The position numbers were made by a program, and so were the translations under genes. 64,000 nt of DNA from a phage. Every line of letters begins with the position of its first letter. Positions within the stretch are counted from its first letter, which is position 1. The notes beneath the pieces are model-generated. The model was not told the DNA's origin and searched no databases. It saw only the letters and a list, made by a program, of their open reading frames with translations. Location: the sequence record PZ445437.1; one strand, 5' to 3'. This document shows positions 33,361 to 41,416 of the stretch, in pieces.

Positions 33361-33635
33361 TCGAAATAATCTTCAATTTCGTAATCATGGACATAAATCA
33401 TTATAGTTTTTAATACATCATCGATACTTTTTCCCGGAGCTGGAATTACGTAAAAATATCCTGCTTTTGAGAGGTCTTTATAAGTTCCAACCAAGAAATC
33501 ATTATTCTCAAGATGCAGTTCTTCAACTAATTCATTAACAATTGAACGGTATAAATTTGGTAAAAACTTATATAGCTTTTCTAGAATATCAATTTTGATT
33601 GTATATTGAACCACGGACTGAGAATCAATAATCAT
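33357..33635 (-). CDS. arn: anti-restriction nuclease Arn (92 aa)
   Basis: Length and position next to asiA as T4 arn; acidic protein. Confidence 0.8.
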   Translation of the reverse strand: MIIDSQSVVQYTIKIDILEKLYKFLPNLYRSIVNELVEELHLENNDFLVGTYKDLSKAGYFYVIPAPGKSIDDVLKTIMIYVHDYEIEDYFE

Positions 33636-33718
33636 AGACCTTCCCCTTATGTTTCTGTTTGCGATTAGATTCTTTAAACGCTTTCTTCTTATCCTTATGA
33701 ACAGAAGCTTTATTAAAA

Positions 33719-33937
33719 TTATGTTTTGCGACTAAATTGTTCATAGTGCTGAATTACCTCTCTTAAACATTTGCATGTGAATGAAAACTTTTTAGCTACA
33801 CCACATTCAAATATATGTTCTCTTAAATCGCGTGTATCGGTATATCCCATCTCAACAATAAAATGCCGTATTAGATTTTTATCTTTATCATTGAGAGAAT
33901 TAAAATAATCAGATTTTGAATTAATTTCCCTGGCCAA
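33719..33937 (-). CDS. hypothetical protein (72 aa)
   Basis: ORF track. Confidence 0.5.
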   Translation of the reverse strand: MAREINSKSDYFNSLNDKDKNLIRHFIVEMGYTDTRDLREHIFECGVAKKFSFTCKCLREVIQHYEQFSRKT

Positions 33938-34217
33938 ATTGAATCACCTTCAGTTGACGTTTTAATTCTTTTATCATTTCTTCGTTCATCGCAATATAAA
34001 GATCGCGTAAAGCAGGTTTTAGCATTCCATTTACCGGAGAACTAAATGGGCATACATAATCTTTTCCTACGAGCTTTTTAGTGAATTCCATATCACAGAA
34101 CTTAAATCCCGGCTCATTGGTATAAATTCCCCAATTAGTTGACATCATTTTATTGGCATATTCTAGTGCCTGGATTTGATTCATAATTCCATCAATTTGA
34201 AACTTTTTAATATTCAT
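33921..34217 (-). CDS. hypothetical protein (98 aa)
   Basis: ORF track. Confidence 0.55.
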   Translation of the reverse strand: MNIKKFQIDGIMNQIQALEYANKMMSTNWGIYTNEPGFKFCDMEFTKKLVGKDYVCPFSSPVNGMLKPALRDLYIAMNEEMIKELKRQLKVIQFGQGN

Positions 34218-34678
34218 TAGTAAAGGTCCTCAGAGTAAAGTTCTTTTTCACTACCACCACGTTCAATACGTACTTGTCCGGCATAAGTTGCAATAATCAT
34301 TGCTTCTTCACGTGTCCAATAATTACTATATTGGTCAATAAATCCTTGGTCATCATCACAAACTTGCTGAGTAACTAATTGAGGTTTAACTACATCTAAA
34401 ACTTCTGCCATATCTTTAGAATAATGACGAGCACCTGGAATAATAAGAGTTCGTCCATCTTTTAATTTAAAGCGATTTGCTGCACAGACAATTCGTCGTT
34501 GATACTTTTGGTTTTCATCCCAATATGCAGTCTGCCAACAGATTTCAGGAACTTCTTTCAGAATATCTTCTTCTGTGCATTTATAACCATGCGCTTTAAA
34601 TTTTTGAACAAGACTCTCCGGAGTCTCACGAGATAAAGGAACATTCAGCATTTTTAAACGATTGATAAATGGGTTCAT
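34217..34678 (-). CDS. hypothetical protein (153 aa)
   Basis: ORF track. Confidence 0.6.
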   Translation of the reverse strand: MNPFINRLKMLNVPLSRETPESLVQKFKAHGYKCTEEDILKEVPEICWQTAYWDENQKYQRRIVCAANRFKLKDGRTLIIPGARHYSKDMAEVLDVVKPQLVTQQVCDDDQGFIDQYSNYWTREEAMIIATYAGQVRIERGGSEKELYSEDLY

Positions 34679-35004
34679 TTAAACCATCCTTTAATACGCT
34701 GCCACAAAGTTTTCTGTTGAGCTTTGTTAACACCAATTGAGCGAATAACTGGTTGAGATTCCTGGAATTCTTTATAATCAGCAAGGTAAATTTCGTAAGC
34801 TGCATCCGTAAATGAACTTATCGCTGCCATAAAATTATTGCGAATACCTACTGGAGCATCTTTACTTTCACGAATAATCATGTATTTACCAGTCTTAATC
34901 TTTACGATAGTTCCAAGATAAGCTCCATGATACCAGATGTCCCACCCCTCTTGAGTGGGTTCTGCACAACGACGAAGTTCATTGACAATTTCTAACTTGT
35001 TCAT
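34675..35004 (-). CDS. hypothetical protein (109 aa)
   Basis: ORF track. Confidence 0.55.
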   Translation of the reverse strand: MNKLEIVNELRRCAEPTQEGWDIWYHGAYLGTIVKIKTGKYMIIRESKDAPVGIRNNFMAAISSFTDAAYEIYLADYKEFQESQPVIRSIGVNKAQQKTLWQRIKGWFK

Positions 35005-35014
35005 TATTTATTCC

Positions 35015-35650
35015 TCACAGTTCAGATGCTACAGTGATTACAGCTTCAATGTTTTCTGCCGAGCGTTTAATGTCAAGATACACATTACCGTTTTTAGCGA
35101 TTTTACATGACATTCCGATATCAGTAAATTTCTGAATATGATGTTCCATCATTTTGTATCCAAAAATTCGCATATTTCCATTGTTGTTAATTTCAAAATT
35201 ACGAATTCCGTGAGTGCGTTTTTCTAAAATAGCGAGATAGTTACTGCGATAAGTTTCAACCTTTTTAAGAACAAATCCATTTTCATCTAAAAGTTTTAAC
35301 ATGAGGTCTTTATCTTCTTCCATATCGGAAGTAATCTCACGAGCTTTACGAGTTGCTCGTTTTTTCAGTAGTTCCGGAGCATTTTCCTGTGCGTATAAAG
35401 TTGCTGCATTTGAAATAATATCCTGAGCTTCACCTGTAATGATTAATCCATCACCAGATTTCTCCACCAGGCCTTTTTTAATCAATACCCCAATATTACT
35501 ATTAACTACTGCGTTACCTAAATCTGGATGCACCTCACGAACTTCTGCAGCTGTAATGAAATCTTTCTTAGCAATGGTAATTAAAATCGCAGCAGTTTTT
35601 TCATTCAGAACATCGTTAGAAGCTTTGATGATGTAAGTTACTTTAGACAT
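35015..35650 (-). CDS. motA: middle-transcription activator MotA (211 aa)
   Basis: 211 aa; sequence recognised as T4 MotA; position between arn cluster and 52. Confidence 0.9.
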   Translation of the reverse strand: MSKVTYIIKASNDVLNEKTAAILITIAKKDFITAAEVREVHPDLGNAVVNSNIGVLIKKGLVEKSGDGLIITGEAQDIISNAATLYAQENAPELLKKRATRKAREITSDMEEDKDLMLKLLDENGFVLKKVETYRSNYLAILEKRTHGIRNFEINNNGNMRIFGYKMMEHHIQKFTDIGMSCKIAKNGNVYLDIKRSAENIEAVITVASEL

Positions 35651-35684
35651 TTTCTAATCTCCGTAATTCTGTATCAGTAGTTGA

Positions 35685-35735
35685 TAGTTGTATAGTACCA
35701 CAGTATGCTTTGGTTGTAAACCGTTTTGTGAAAAA
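35685..35735 (-). promoter_or_regulatory. T4-type early promoter upstream of motA
   Basis: Repeat-family element gtagttgatagttgtatagtacca...ttgtaaac. Confidence 0.45.
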
Positions 35736-35753
35736 AATTTTAAAATAAAAAAA

Positions 35754-35773
35754 GGGAGAGCCTCGGCTCTCCC
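35754..35773 (-). terminator. rho-independent terminator
   Basis: GGGAGAGCC-GA-GGCTCTCCC followed by TTTTTTT in minus sense. Confidence 0.6.
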
Positions 35774-35778
35774 TAAAA

Positions 35779-35928
35779 TTACTGCATGACTGTGATAACT
35801 GTCATGATAACACGTTGAATTCCGAACGCAAGAAGACCTCCTGCTACAGCTGGAACAACGCCTAAACCCGCCAGTAAAATGCTACCGGATACTAATGCAG
35901 CGCTTGTAATACCAATGAATGGACTCAT
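35779..35928 (-). CDS. small hydrophobic membrane peptide (about 49 aa), not in ORF track
   Basis: Hand translation MSPFIGITSAALVSGSILLAGLGVVPAVAGGLLAFGIQRV...; GAGGAAATCAA SD; ATGA overlap with gene 52 stop. Confidence 0.35.
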   Translation of the reverse strand: MSPFIGITSAALVSGSILLAGLGVVPAVAGGLLAFGIQRVIMTVITVMQ

Positions 35929-37253
35929 TTGATTTCCTCTAAATCTTTAGTGTATTCAGTAACTACATCAGTAGTTTTCCAATATTCGTTTTCTTCTTTT
36001 TTAGCTTTAGCTTCTTCAGCAAGTTTCTTTGCTTCGTCGGAAGTCATATGAAAAATATTCATTCCGACTAGTTTATCAACATAAGAAGAATACATCTCAA
36101 TTTTAGAAAGTTCTTCGGTCAGTTCTTTACGAGTTTTACCCTGCACAACGATTTCACCTGAAATTACTTTCTTAATGAAATGTGCCTTGGCAAAGGCTAA
36201 ACGAAAAGCTGACTCAGTTTCTTTAATTTTGTTATCAATTCGTTTTTGGACATAAGTTTTACGAACTTCAACGAAATCTTTAATTAAATCAACTACGTTA
36301 TCGTAAACTTGTAGTTTTCCTTTCTCATTAATAACCGTAATATTCTGAGAACGACGCTCAATCAACCCGAAGTCTTTCATAATTTTTGCATGACGTTCTT
36401 CTTCATTATCGCTCAAAGAATATTCTTTGCGGAATTTAACTTTGAATCCAAAACCATGCTCACCACAAGCATCATCCCATGCAATGAAGCCTTTATCTTC
36501 AAGCGGGTCTAAGATTTTACTCACATAAGTTTCACGATCATACTTATACGGAATCTCAGTGATATGCATTTGAGTTCGTGAAGTAAACTTATATGTTCCA
36601 CGAATTTCATATTGCCCATCAATTTCAACGACTTCACCACGAAATTCTGGGAATTCTACTTTCGGTTTAGTTACTTTCTTTCCTTGAAGAGCTTGTAGTA
36701 CAGCTTTCTTAACAGAAGAAACACTATGAGGAAGAATGTAAGTTGCATAACCAGTTGCAATACCGGAAACGCCATTAAGAAGAACAGTAGGAATAATAGG
36801 CAAATAGAAAGCAGGCGGAATGTGTTCTTTATCTTGATGTACCGGAGCATATTCAGTATCTTTATATACGTTATAGAAATTTTTACTTACACGAGCAAAA
36901 ATATAACGACTTGCTGCTGCTTTTTGGACGGTACGAGAACCAAAGTTTCCTTGACCATCTAACAGAGGAAAGTTATTATTCCAAGTGTTAGCCATCAAAG
37001 CACCTGCATCTTGTGCAGAGTTTTCGCCATGGTGATATCCAAGGTCCGCTACACCACCTGCAATAGAAGCGAGTTTGTGAAACTTATCTTTATTTCCTCG
37101 TGCCAAATCAAGAGCTCGAGCAATAACAAATCGTTGAACTGGCTTAAATCCGTCAATCATATTTGGGATAGCACGATTTTCAACCGTGTACATAGCATAA
37201 GCCAATGCTTCATTATCAATGATACTTTTTAAATCGCGATTATTCAGTTGCAT
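35925..37253 (-). CDS. 52: DNA topoisomerase II medium subunit gp52 (442 aa)
   Basis: GyrA-like N-terminal cleavage-domain sequence; 442 aa as T4 gp52. Confidence 0.92.
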   Translation of the reverse strand: MQLNNRDLKSIIDNEALAYAMYTVENRAIPNMIDGFKPVQRFVIARALDLARGNKDKFHKLASIAGGVADLGYHHGENSAQDAGALMANTWNNNFPLLDGQGNFGSRTVQKAAASRYIFARVSKNFYNVYKDTEYAPVHQDKEHIPPAFYLPIIPTVLLNGVSGIATGYATYILPHSVSSVKKAVLQALQGKKVTKPKVEFPEFRGEVVEIDGQYEIRGTYKFTSRTQMHITEIPYKYDRETYVSKILDPLEDKGFIAWDDACGEHGFGFKVKFRKEYSLSDNEEERHAKIMKDFGLIERRSQNITVINEKGKLQVYDNVVDLIKDFVEVRKTYVQKRIDNKIKETESAFRLAFAKAHFIKKVISGEIVVQGKTRKELTEELSKIEMYSSYVDKLVGMNIFHMTSDEAKKLAEEAKAKKEENEYWKTTDVVTEYTKDLEEIK

Positions 37254-37257
37254 AAAT

Positions 37258-37398
37258 TTACCATACTAGTGAATGTAGTGCCATAATAACATCAGAAATG
37301 AAAAGCACGACTTGAATTAATCCGAACATTACTCCATAATATAGTGCTACCAATAAAGTAGCAAGGGCTAGTGAATAGCCCAAGATTTTCTTAATCAT
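37258..37398 (-). CDS. small hydrophobic peptide (about 46 aa), not in ORF track
   Basis: Hand translation MIKKILGYSLALATLLVALYYGVMFGLIQVV...; position of T4 52.1. Confidence 0.35.
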   Translation of the reverse strand: MIKKILGYSLALATLLVALYYGVMFGLIQVVLFISDVIMALHSLVW

Positions 37399-37549
37399 TA
37401 GTAGATAACAACACAAATGTTAAATATGCACACATACCCTGGGCTAAAGCTTGTGAAAACACACTGCTAGCATCGATACAGATAGTTAAAACACATGCTA
37501 CTATCCAACAAATAAATGAAATAACTCCTAATAATTTTGCAATATTCAT
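37391..37549 (-). CDS. small hydrophobic peptide (about 52 aa), ac-like, not in ORF track
   Basis: Hand translation MNIAKLLGVISFICWIVACVLTICIDASSVF...; between 52 and stp where T4 ac lies. Confidence 0.35.
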   Translation of the reverse strand: MNIAKLLGVISFICWIVACVLTICIDASSVFSQALAQGMCAYLTFVLLSTND

Positions 37550-37556
37550 ATTTTCC

Positions 37557-37637
37557 TCACTGGCGTCCGAAGACGCCTTTAGTTTTAAGATTATTACGAT
37601 AGAACTGCATCACGTGTTCGTTGTGGAAATTACTCAT
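37557..37637 (-). CDS. stp: Stp peptide (26 aa)
   Basis: Hand translation gives [26 protein letters not shown], matching the T4 Stp peptide as I recall it; ATG overlaps ndd stop (TAATG). Confidence 0.8.
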
Positions 37638-38095
37638 TAATATGCCTGCAAAACGAATTTAAAGTTATCAGCCAACATACGGTTCATTTCTTCAAGTGTT
37701 TGATACTCGGAATGATGATTACGGGTAAACGCCAAAGCTAACTGACCTTTACCAAATCCTGTCGTCAGAGGTTTCATCTTAGAAGCAGGCAGATAAAATA
37801 CTGTGTATACCATATTGTTATTTGCAATAGTACGTGCAAGCTGAGACCGACGTTGACGAATATGACTTAGAACTGCACTGAATCCTTGCTTAGAACGCTG
37901 ATTACCTACATAAAATCGTGCAGACACACATGGATTACTAAATGGACGACCATCTAATTTACTTACTAAAAAGTAAAATCCAGGTTTAGATAAAATATCT
38001 TTATGCGGAGTTCCCAAAAACCACTCACCACCCTTGATTGTACCAATAACAGTTGCGCCTGCATTATTCAGATCAGTAACAGTCATATATTTCAT
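37637..38095 (-). CDS. ndd: nucleoid disruption protein Ndd
   Basis: Sequence [26 protein letters not shown]... recognised; start placed at internal Met preceded by GAGGAAA. Confidence 0.8.
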
Positions 38096-38155
38096 ATTAA
38101 TTTCCTCTAAATTATTTTCTACTCCAAGGTCGCATGAATACACGCGGCCATTAAA

Positions 38156-38371
38156 TTAATCGTCGCAGTCGACGCTCAATTCCCAAAACTCTTCTACGGT
38201 ATAAGTTTCAGTATCATTTTCAATACAAAAACGTTCATTACTGTTATTTGCTAAAGTAGCATTAACTGTCGGTTTCTCGCTAGTGCTCTTAAGAGGTGAA
38301 ATGCGAATTAACTGATCACCGTTATCTAAACAGAAAATTTCACCAACTTTTACATCTTTAAAACTTTTCAT
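38156..38371 (-). CDS. hypothetical acidic protein (71 aa)
   Basis: ORF track. Confidence 0.5.
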   Translation of the reverse strand: MKSFKDVKVGEIFCLDNGDQLIRISPLKSTSEKPTVNATLANNSNERFCIENDTETYTVEEFWELSVDCDD

Positions 38372-38486
38372 AATTCACCTCAAGGAGTATAAAATCCAAA
38401 TGCAGTTGTTGACCATCCCATCCAATATGGAAAATTTGCACCAATGTAAAACATAAGAATATAAAACCAAATGTTTAGTAAATTCA

Positions 38487-38705
38487 TTATTTTACACCAT
38501 TCCAAATTGTTTCAACTACAGATTTTAAGCCATTTTGATGAATGTCCATTCCGACTACCGCCATCAAATAGATTCCAACTACAACTGAACCTAAGGCAAA
38601 AATCAGCATGAAAATGAATAAAGCCGGAAAAATATTATCGAAAAACCATTCAATAAATGTAAAAGCACTGCGTTTACGCTTCATATTTTCCTCACATAAA
38701 TCCAA
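38487..38705 (-). CDS. small membrane protein (72 aa)
   Basis: ORF track; two hydrophobic segments. Confidence 0.45.
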   Translation of the reverse strand: MDLCEENMKRKRSAFTFIEWFFDNIFPALFIFMLIFALGSVVVGIYLMAVVGMDIHQNGLKSVVETIWNGVK

Positions 38706-38805
38706 AGTAAACGTTTAATACATCAATCATTAAAACGATTGGGAATATACTCAAAACTATTAGTATTATAACTACATTCCATATAGCTTTAACAATCTTT
38801 TTCAT
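38692..38805 (-). CDS. small membrane peptide (37 aa; tracked ORF extends to 38901)
   Basis: Internal Met MKKIVKAIWNVVIILIV... preceded by GGAGG; the upstream part of the tracked ORF overlaps the promoter repeat. Confidence 0.4.
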   Translation of the reverse strand: MKKIVKAIWNVVIILIVLSIFPIVLMIDVLNVYFGFM

Positions 38806-38819
38806 TTTCTGTTCCTCCG

Positions 38820-38870
38820 TAGTTGATAGGGTAATAGTACCACGGAAGAACAGTCTTGTAAACAACTTTT
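38820..38870 (-). promoter_or_regulatory. T4-type early promoter
   Basis: Repeat-family element ccgtagttgatagggtaatagtaccac...ttgtaaac. Confidence 0.4.
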
Positions 38871-39047
38871 TAAAAATATTCGTAATAAATGTGAATACCA
38901 ACTACTACCGCTGAAACCTGTGCAACCCACCACGCACAAGCAATAAGTACAGAATTCAAAATTTTCATAATAACCTCATCACAAAAGTAAATGTTAAACA
39001 AATTACTGGAATACTAATTAACCAAACAAAACACCACCATAATGAAC

Positions 39048-39311
39048 TCATAGTTCAATCTCAATGATTTCAAGATTATTTTCTTTAATAGCTTTCTTTA
39101 AATCATCGTAAATAAGAACTTCCCAAGAATTGTTTAAATCACCATTCAACAAACGCTCTTGTTGCAATTTATCAGTAAGATACGGTTGATCTGATTCATA
39201 TTTAGACAATCCCAATGAAATAAATGATGTTGCATCGTCAATTTCAGAATATTGTACATGAACAAATTCACCTGTGATTTTATGTTTAGCGTAATAAAAT
39301 TTAAATTTCAT
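39048..39311 (-). CDS. hypothetical protein (87 aa; tracked ORF extends to 39404)
   Basis: Internal Met MKFKFYYAKHK... preceded by GGAGGAG; the upstream part overlaps the promoter repeat. Confidence 0.5.
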   Translation of the reverse strand: MKFKFYYAKHKITGEFVHVQYSEIDDATSFISLGLSKYESDQPYLTDKLQQERLLNGDLNNSWEVLIYDDLKKAIKENNLEIIEIEL

Positions 39312-39319
39312 TTTTACTC

Positions 39320-39375
39320 CTCCGTAGCTGATAGTTGTATAGTACCACGGTCCTTGTGGTATGTAAACCATTTTG
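39320..39375 (-). promoter_or_regulatory. T4-type early promoter
   Basis: Repeat-family element ccgtagctgatagttgtatagtaccac...gtaaac. Confidence 0.4.
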
Positions 39376-39385
39376 TGAAATTTTT

Positions 39386-39943
39386 TTAAATGGAAAGATA
39401 CCATCCGTTGTAGTTGCTTTTTCTTACAACCTTACGAAGGTCTTCTCTGTCACCGATGAACTTCGGAGTGTACTGGATGACACCTGGATGAATTTCTTTA
39501 GTGTTGAATATAATTATACAGTCAGCGACTTGATGATTTAGAATGGGCCCTAGATTTATTCCAGAACCGTATGGATACTCTCCGCTGCATCCTGTTGTTA
39601 CAGAAATCCAACGTGAGTCAGTTTGGTGTGTCTTAACTTCTACACGAAGCCCGCAGTATCTTGGATGCGCCAATACATCCCATGCGTATGTATACGGGTC
39701 ATTAACATCTTCTTGACCTTTATTAACATATCCGCTTAGCCAATCTGCCACAAAAAACTCTGCGTACACAGCGATACGGCATCTTTCGATAACTTCTGCT
39801 TTATCCTGGTTCGGGTTTTGTTTTAAAGAGTATCTTGCTGTATCAGCAATTTTGACCTTCATTTCAGTAGTCAAGTCACTGTTCGATAGGGTAAATGTCG
39901 GAATCTGAAATAGTCTCTGTAAACCCGGATTCGTTTTCTGCAT
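39386..39943 (-). CDS. denB: endonuclease IV (185 aa)
   Basis: 185 aa; position between ndd cluster and rIIB as in T4. Confidence 0.75.
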   Translation of the reverse strand: MQKTNPGLQRLFQIPTFTLSNSDLTTEMKVKIADTARYSLKQNPNQDKAEVIERCRIAVYAEFFVADWLSGYVNKGQEDVNDPYTYAWDVLAHPRYCGLRVEVKTHQTDSRWISVTTGCSGEYPYGSGINLGPILNHQVADCIIIFNTKEIHPGVIQYTPKFIGDREDLRKVVRKSNYNGWYLSI

Positions 39944-40205
39944 TTAAACTTTCCTTTTTACCGCTGAGATAAGCGTTATACACTTTAAGAGTACCGTAGT
40001 AAATTCGGTCATTTTCATCTAAAGACACACGGTCAAGTTCATCAAGTTCCTTTTTATCCATGACTATAACATCATTGCAATAAAGAAACCCAAGTTTTTC
40101 GTGACCAAACTCAAATTTATTACAGTACACAATATTAGCGTGATGATTTCCGTGCAGTTTAATCTCTTTTATGTCGGAATCACCGATATTCATACAATAA
40201 ATCAT
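39876..40205 (-). CDS. hypothetical protein (109 aa)
   Basis: ORF track; overlaps denB start by 68 nt so one boundary is uncertain. Confidence 0.5.
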   Translation of the reverse strand: MIYCMNIGDSDIKEIKLHGNHHANIVYCNKFEFGHEKLGFLYCNDVIVMDKKELDELDRVSLDENDRIYYGTLKVYNAYLSGKKESLNAENESGFTETISDSDIYPIEQ

Positions 40206-40243
40206 AATTTTTCCTTAAAACAAAAGGGCCGAAGCCCTTTATT

Positions 40244-40438
40244 TTACTTGAATTGTGCAATTCTTTTCTCTAGACATTCAGCATAAGATTTCATTGAGAT
40301 GAACTGTGAAAGCAGCAGTTCTTGCTCAACTGCACTAACCGTTAGAAACTTTGTGCTTTCTAAAAATTTGCTCAGTGCATTAATTTTGAGCATTAATTGA
40401 TCGTATTCTTCTTTTACTCGTGCTTGATAACCTAACAT
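40244..40438 (-). CDS. hypothetical coiled-coil protein (64 aa)
   Basis: ORF track; bracketed by GGGCCGAAGCCC hairpins. Confidence 0.5.
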   Translation of the reverse strand: MLGYQARVKEEYDQLMLKINALSKFLESTKFLTVSAVEQELLLSQFISMKSYAECLEKRIAQFK

Positions 40439-40466
40439 AATTTTCCTTAGTTAAGGGCCGAAGCCC

Positions 40467-41405
40467 TTATTTAAATTGCTCAGTAACGTCTTCAACTACT
40501 TCGTATTGGCAAGTACGCATTTTAGCATCGTTGTAATCAATCGGAATTGATACTACATCACGCGGATGTACTTTAACTTTTACGACTCGGCTGGTTGAAC
40601 TGCCAAAGTGACGAATATAAGATTTAGAACACACATGCAGACCACGAGAACAAGTTTGTGTATCATCGTCATTCACACGAGTACGCGGCATTTTAACTAC
40701 TTTACCAGGACTGTTATCAAAGGTGTTTGAGTGACAGTCAAAGTAGTTGTCACGAACTACTTTCCAAGCATAGAAGTAACCATCTTCTGTAATTTCAATA
40801 TCGTTTGCTACCAAGAAATCAAAGAGTCGAGATACCGCTTTTTGGCTTGGGTTTTCCAACAGATTTTCCAAGAACGGAAAATAAAATTCAAAGTTTTCGC
40901 CTTTTTCCATCGAGTCAAGAATACGATCAACCAAACCAGACCGCAATTCAATATTTTGATAGAACAAGCTTCCACCTTCAATTCGAACATCGCCGGAAAT
41001 ATATTTTTCAACAGCACGACGAACATTAATTTTTTGTGCCGCTTCTTCCAGCTTATCTGCTACAAGCAGATTAAGAATTTCCTGGAAGTTTGAATGAGTA
41101 TTAGGAGTTGCGTTATAAGTTACACCGTCAACAGTAATTGAAATGAATTTTTTAGATGCATTCCAAATAATGTCAGATTTAGCAACTGGAGCAATAACTG
41201 CATCGCTATTAACTTTAATTGTAATATCACCGCTAATAGTAACTTTAGAGCGTTTAGCTTCTTCAGCATTTTTCAAAACACGACGAATTGTGTCAACCGA
41301 TACACCTTGCCAATCAGCCAATTCCTGTTGGGTGTAATTACCACTTGAATACAGCTTAACAATTTCAGCTTGTTCGTTTTTGGTCAGGCATTTAATATTG
41401 TACAT
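40467..41405 (-). CDS. rIIB: rIIB (312 aa)
   Basis: 312 aa; MYNIKCLTKNEQAEIVKLYSSG... recognised as T4 rIIB. Confidence 0.92.
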   Translation of the reverse strand: MYNIKCLTKNEQAEIVKLYSSGNYTQQELADWQGVSVDTIRRVLKNAEEAKRSKVTISGDITIKVNSDAVIAPVAKSDIIWNASKKFISITVDGVTYNATPNTHSNFQEILNLLVADKLEEAAQKINVRRAVEKYISGDVRIEGGSLFYQNIELRSGLVDRILDSMEKGENFEFYFPFLENLLENPSQKAVSRLFDFLVANDIEITEDGYFYAWKVVRDNYFDCHSNTFDNSPGKVVKMPRTRVNDDDTQTCSRGLHVCSKSYIRHFGSSTSRVVKVKVHPRDVVSIPIDYNDAKMRTCQYEVVEDVTEQFK

Positions 41406-41416
41406 AATTTTCCTTA

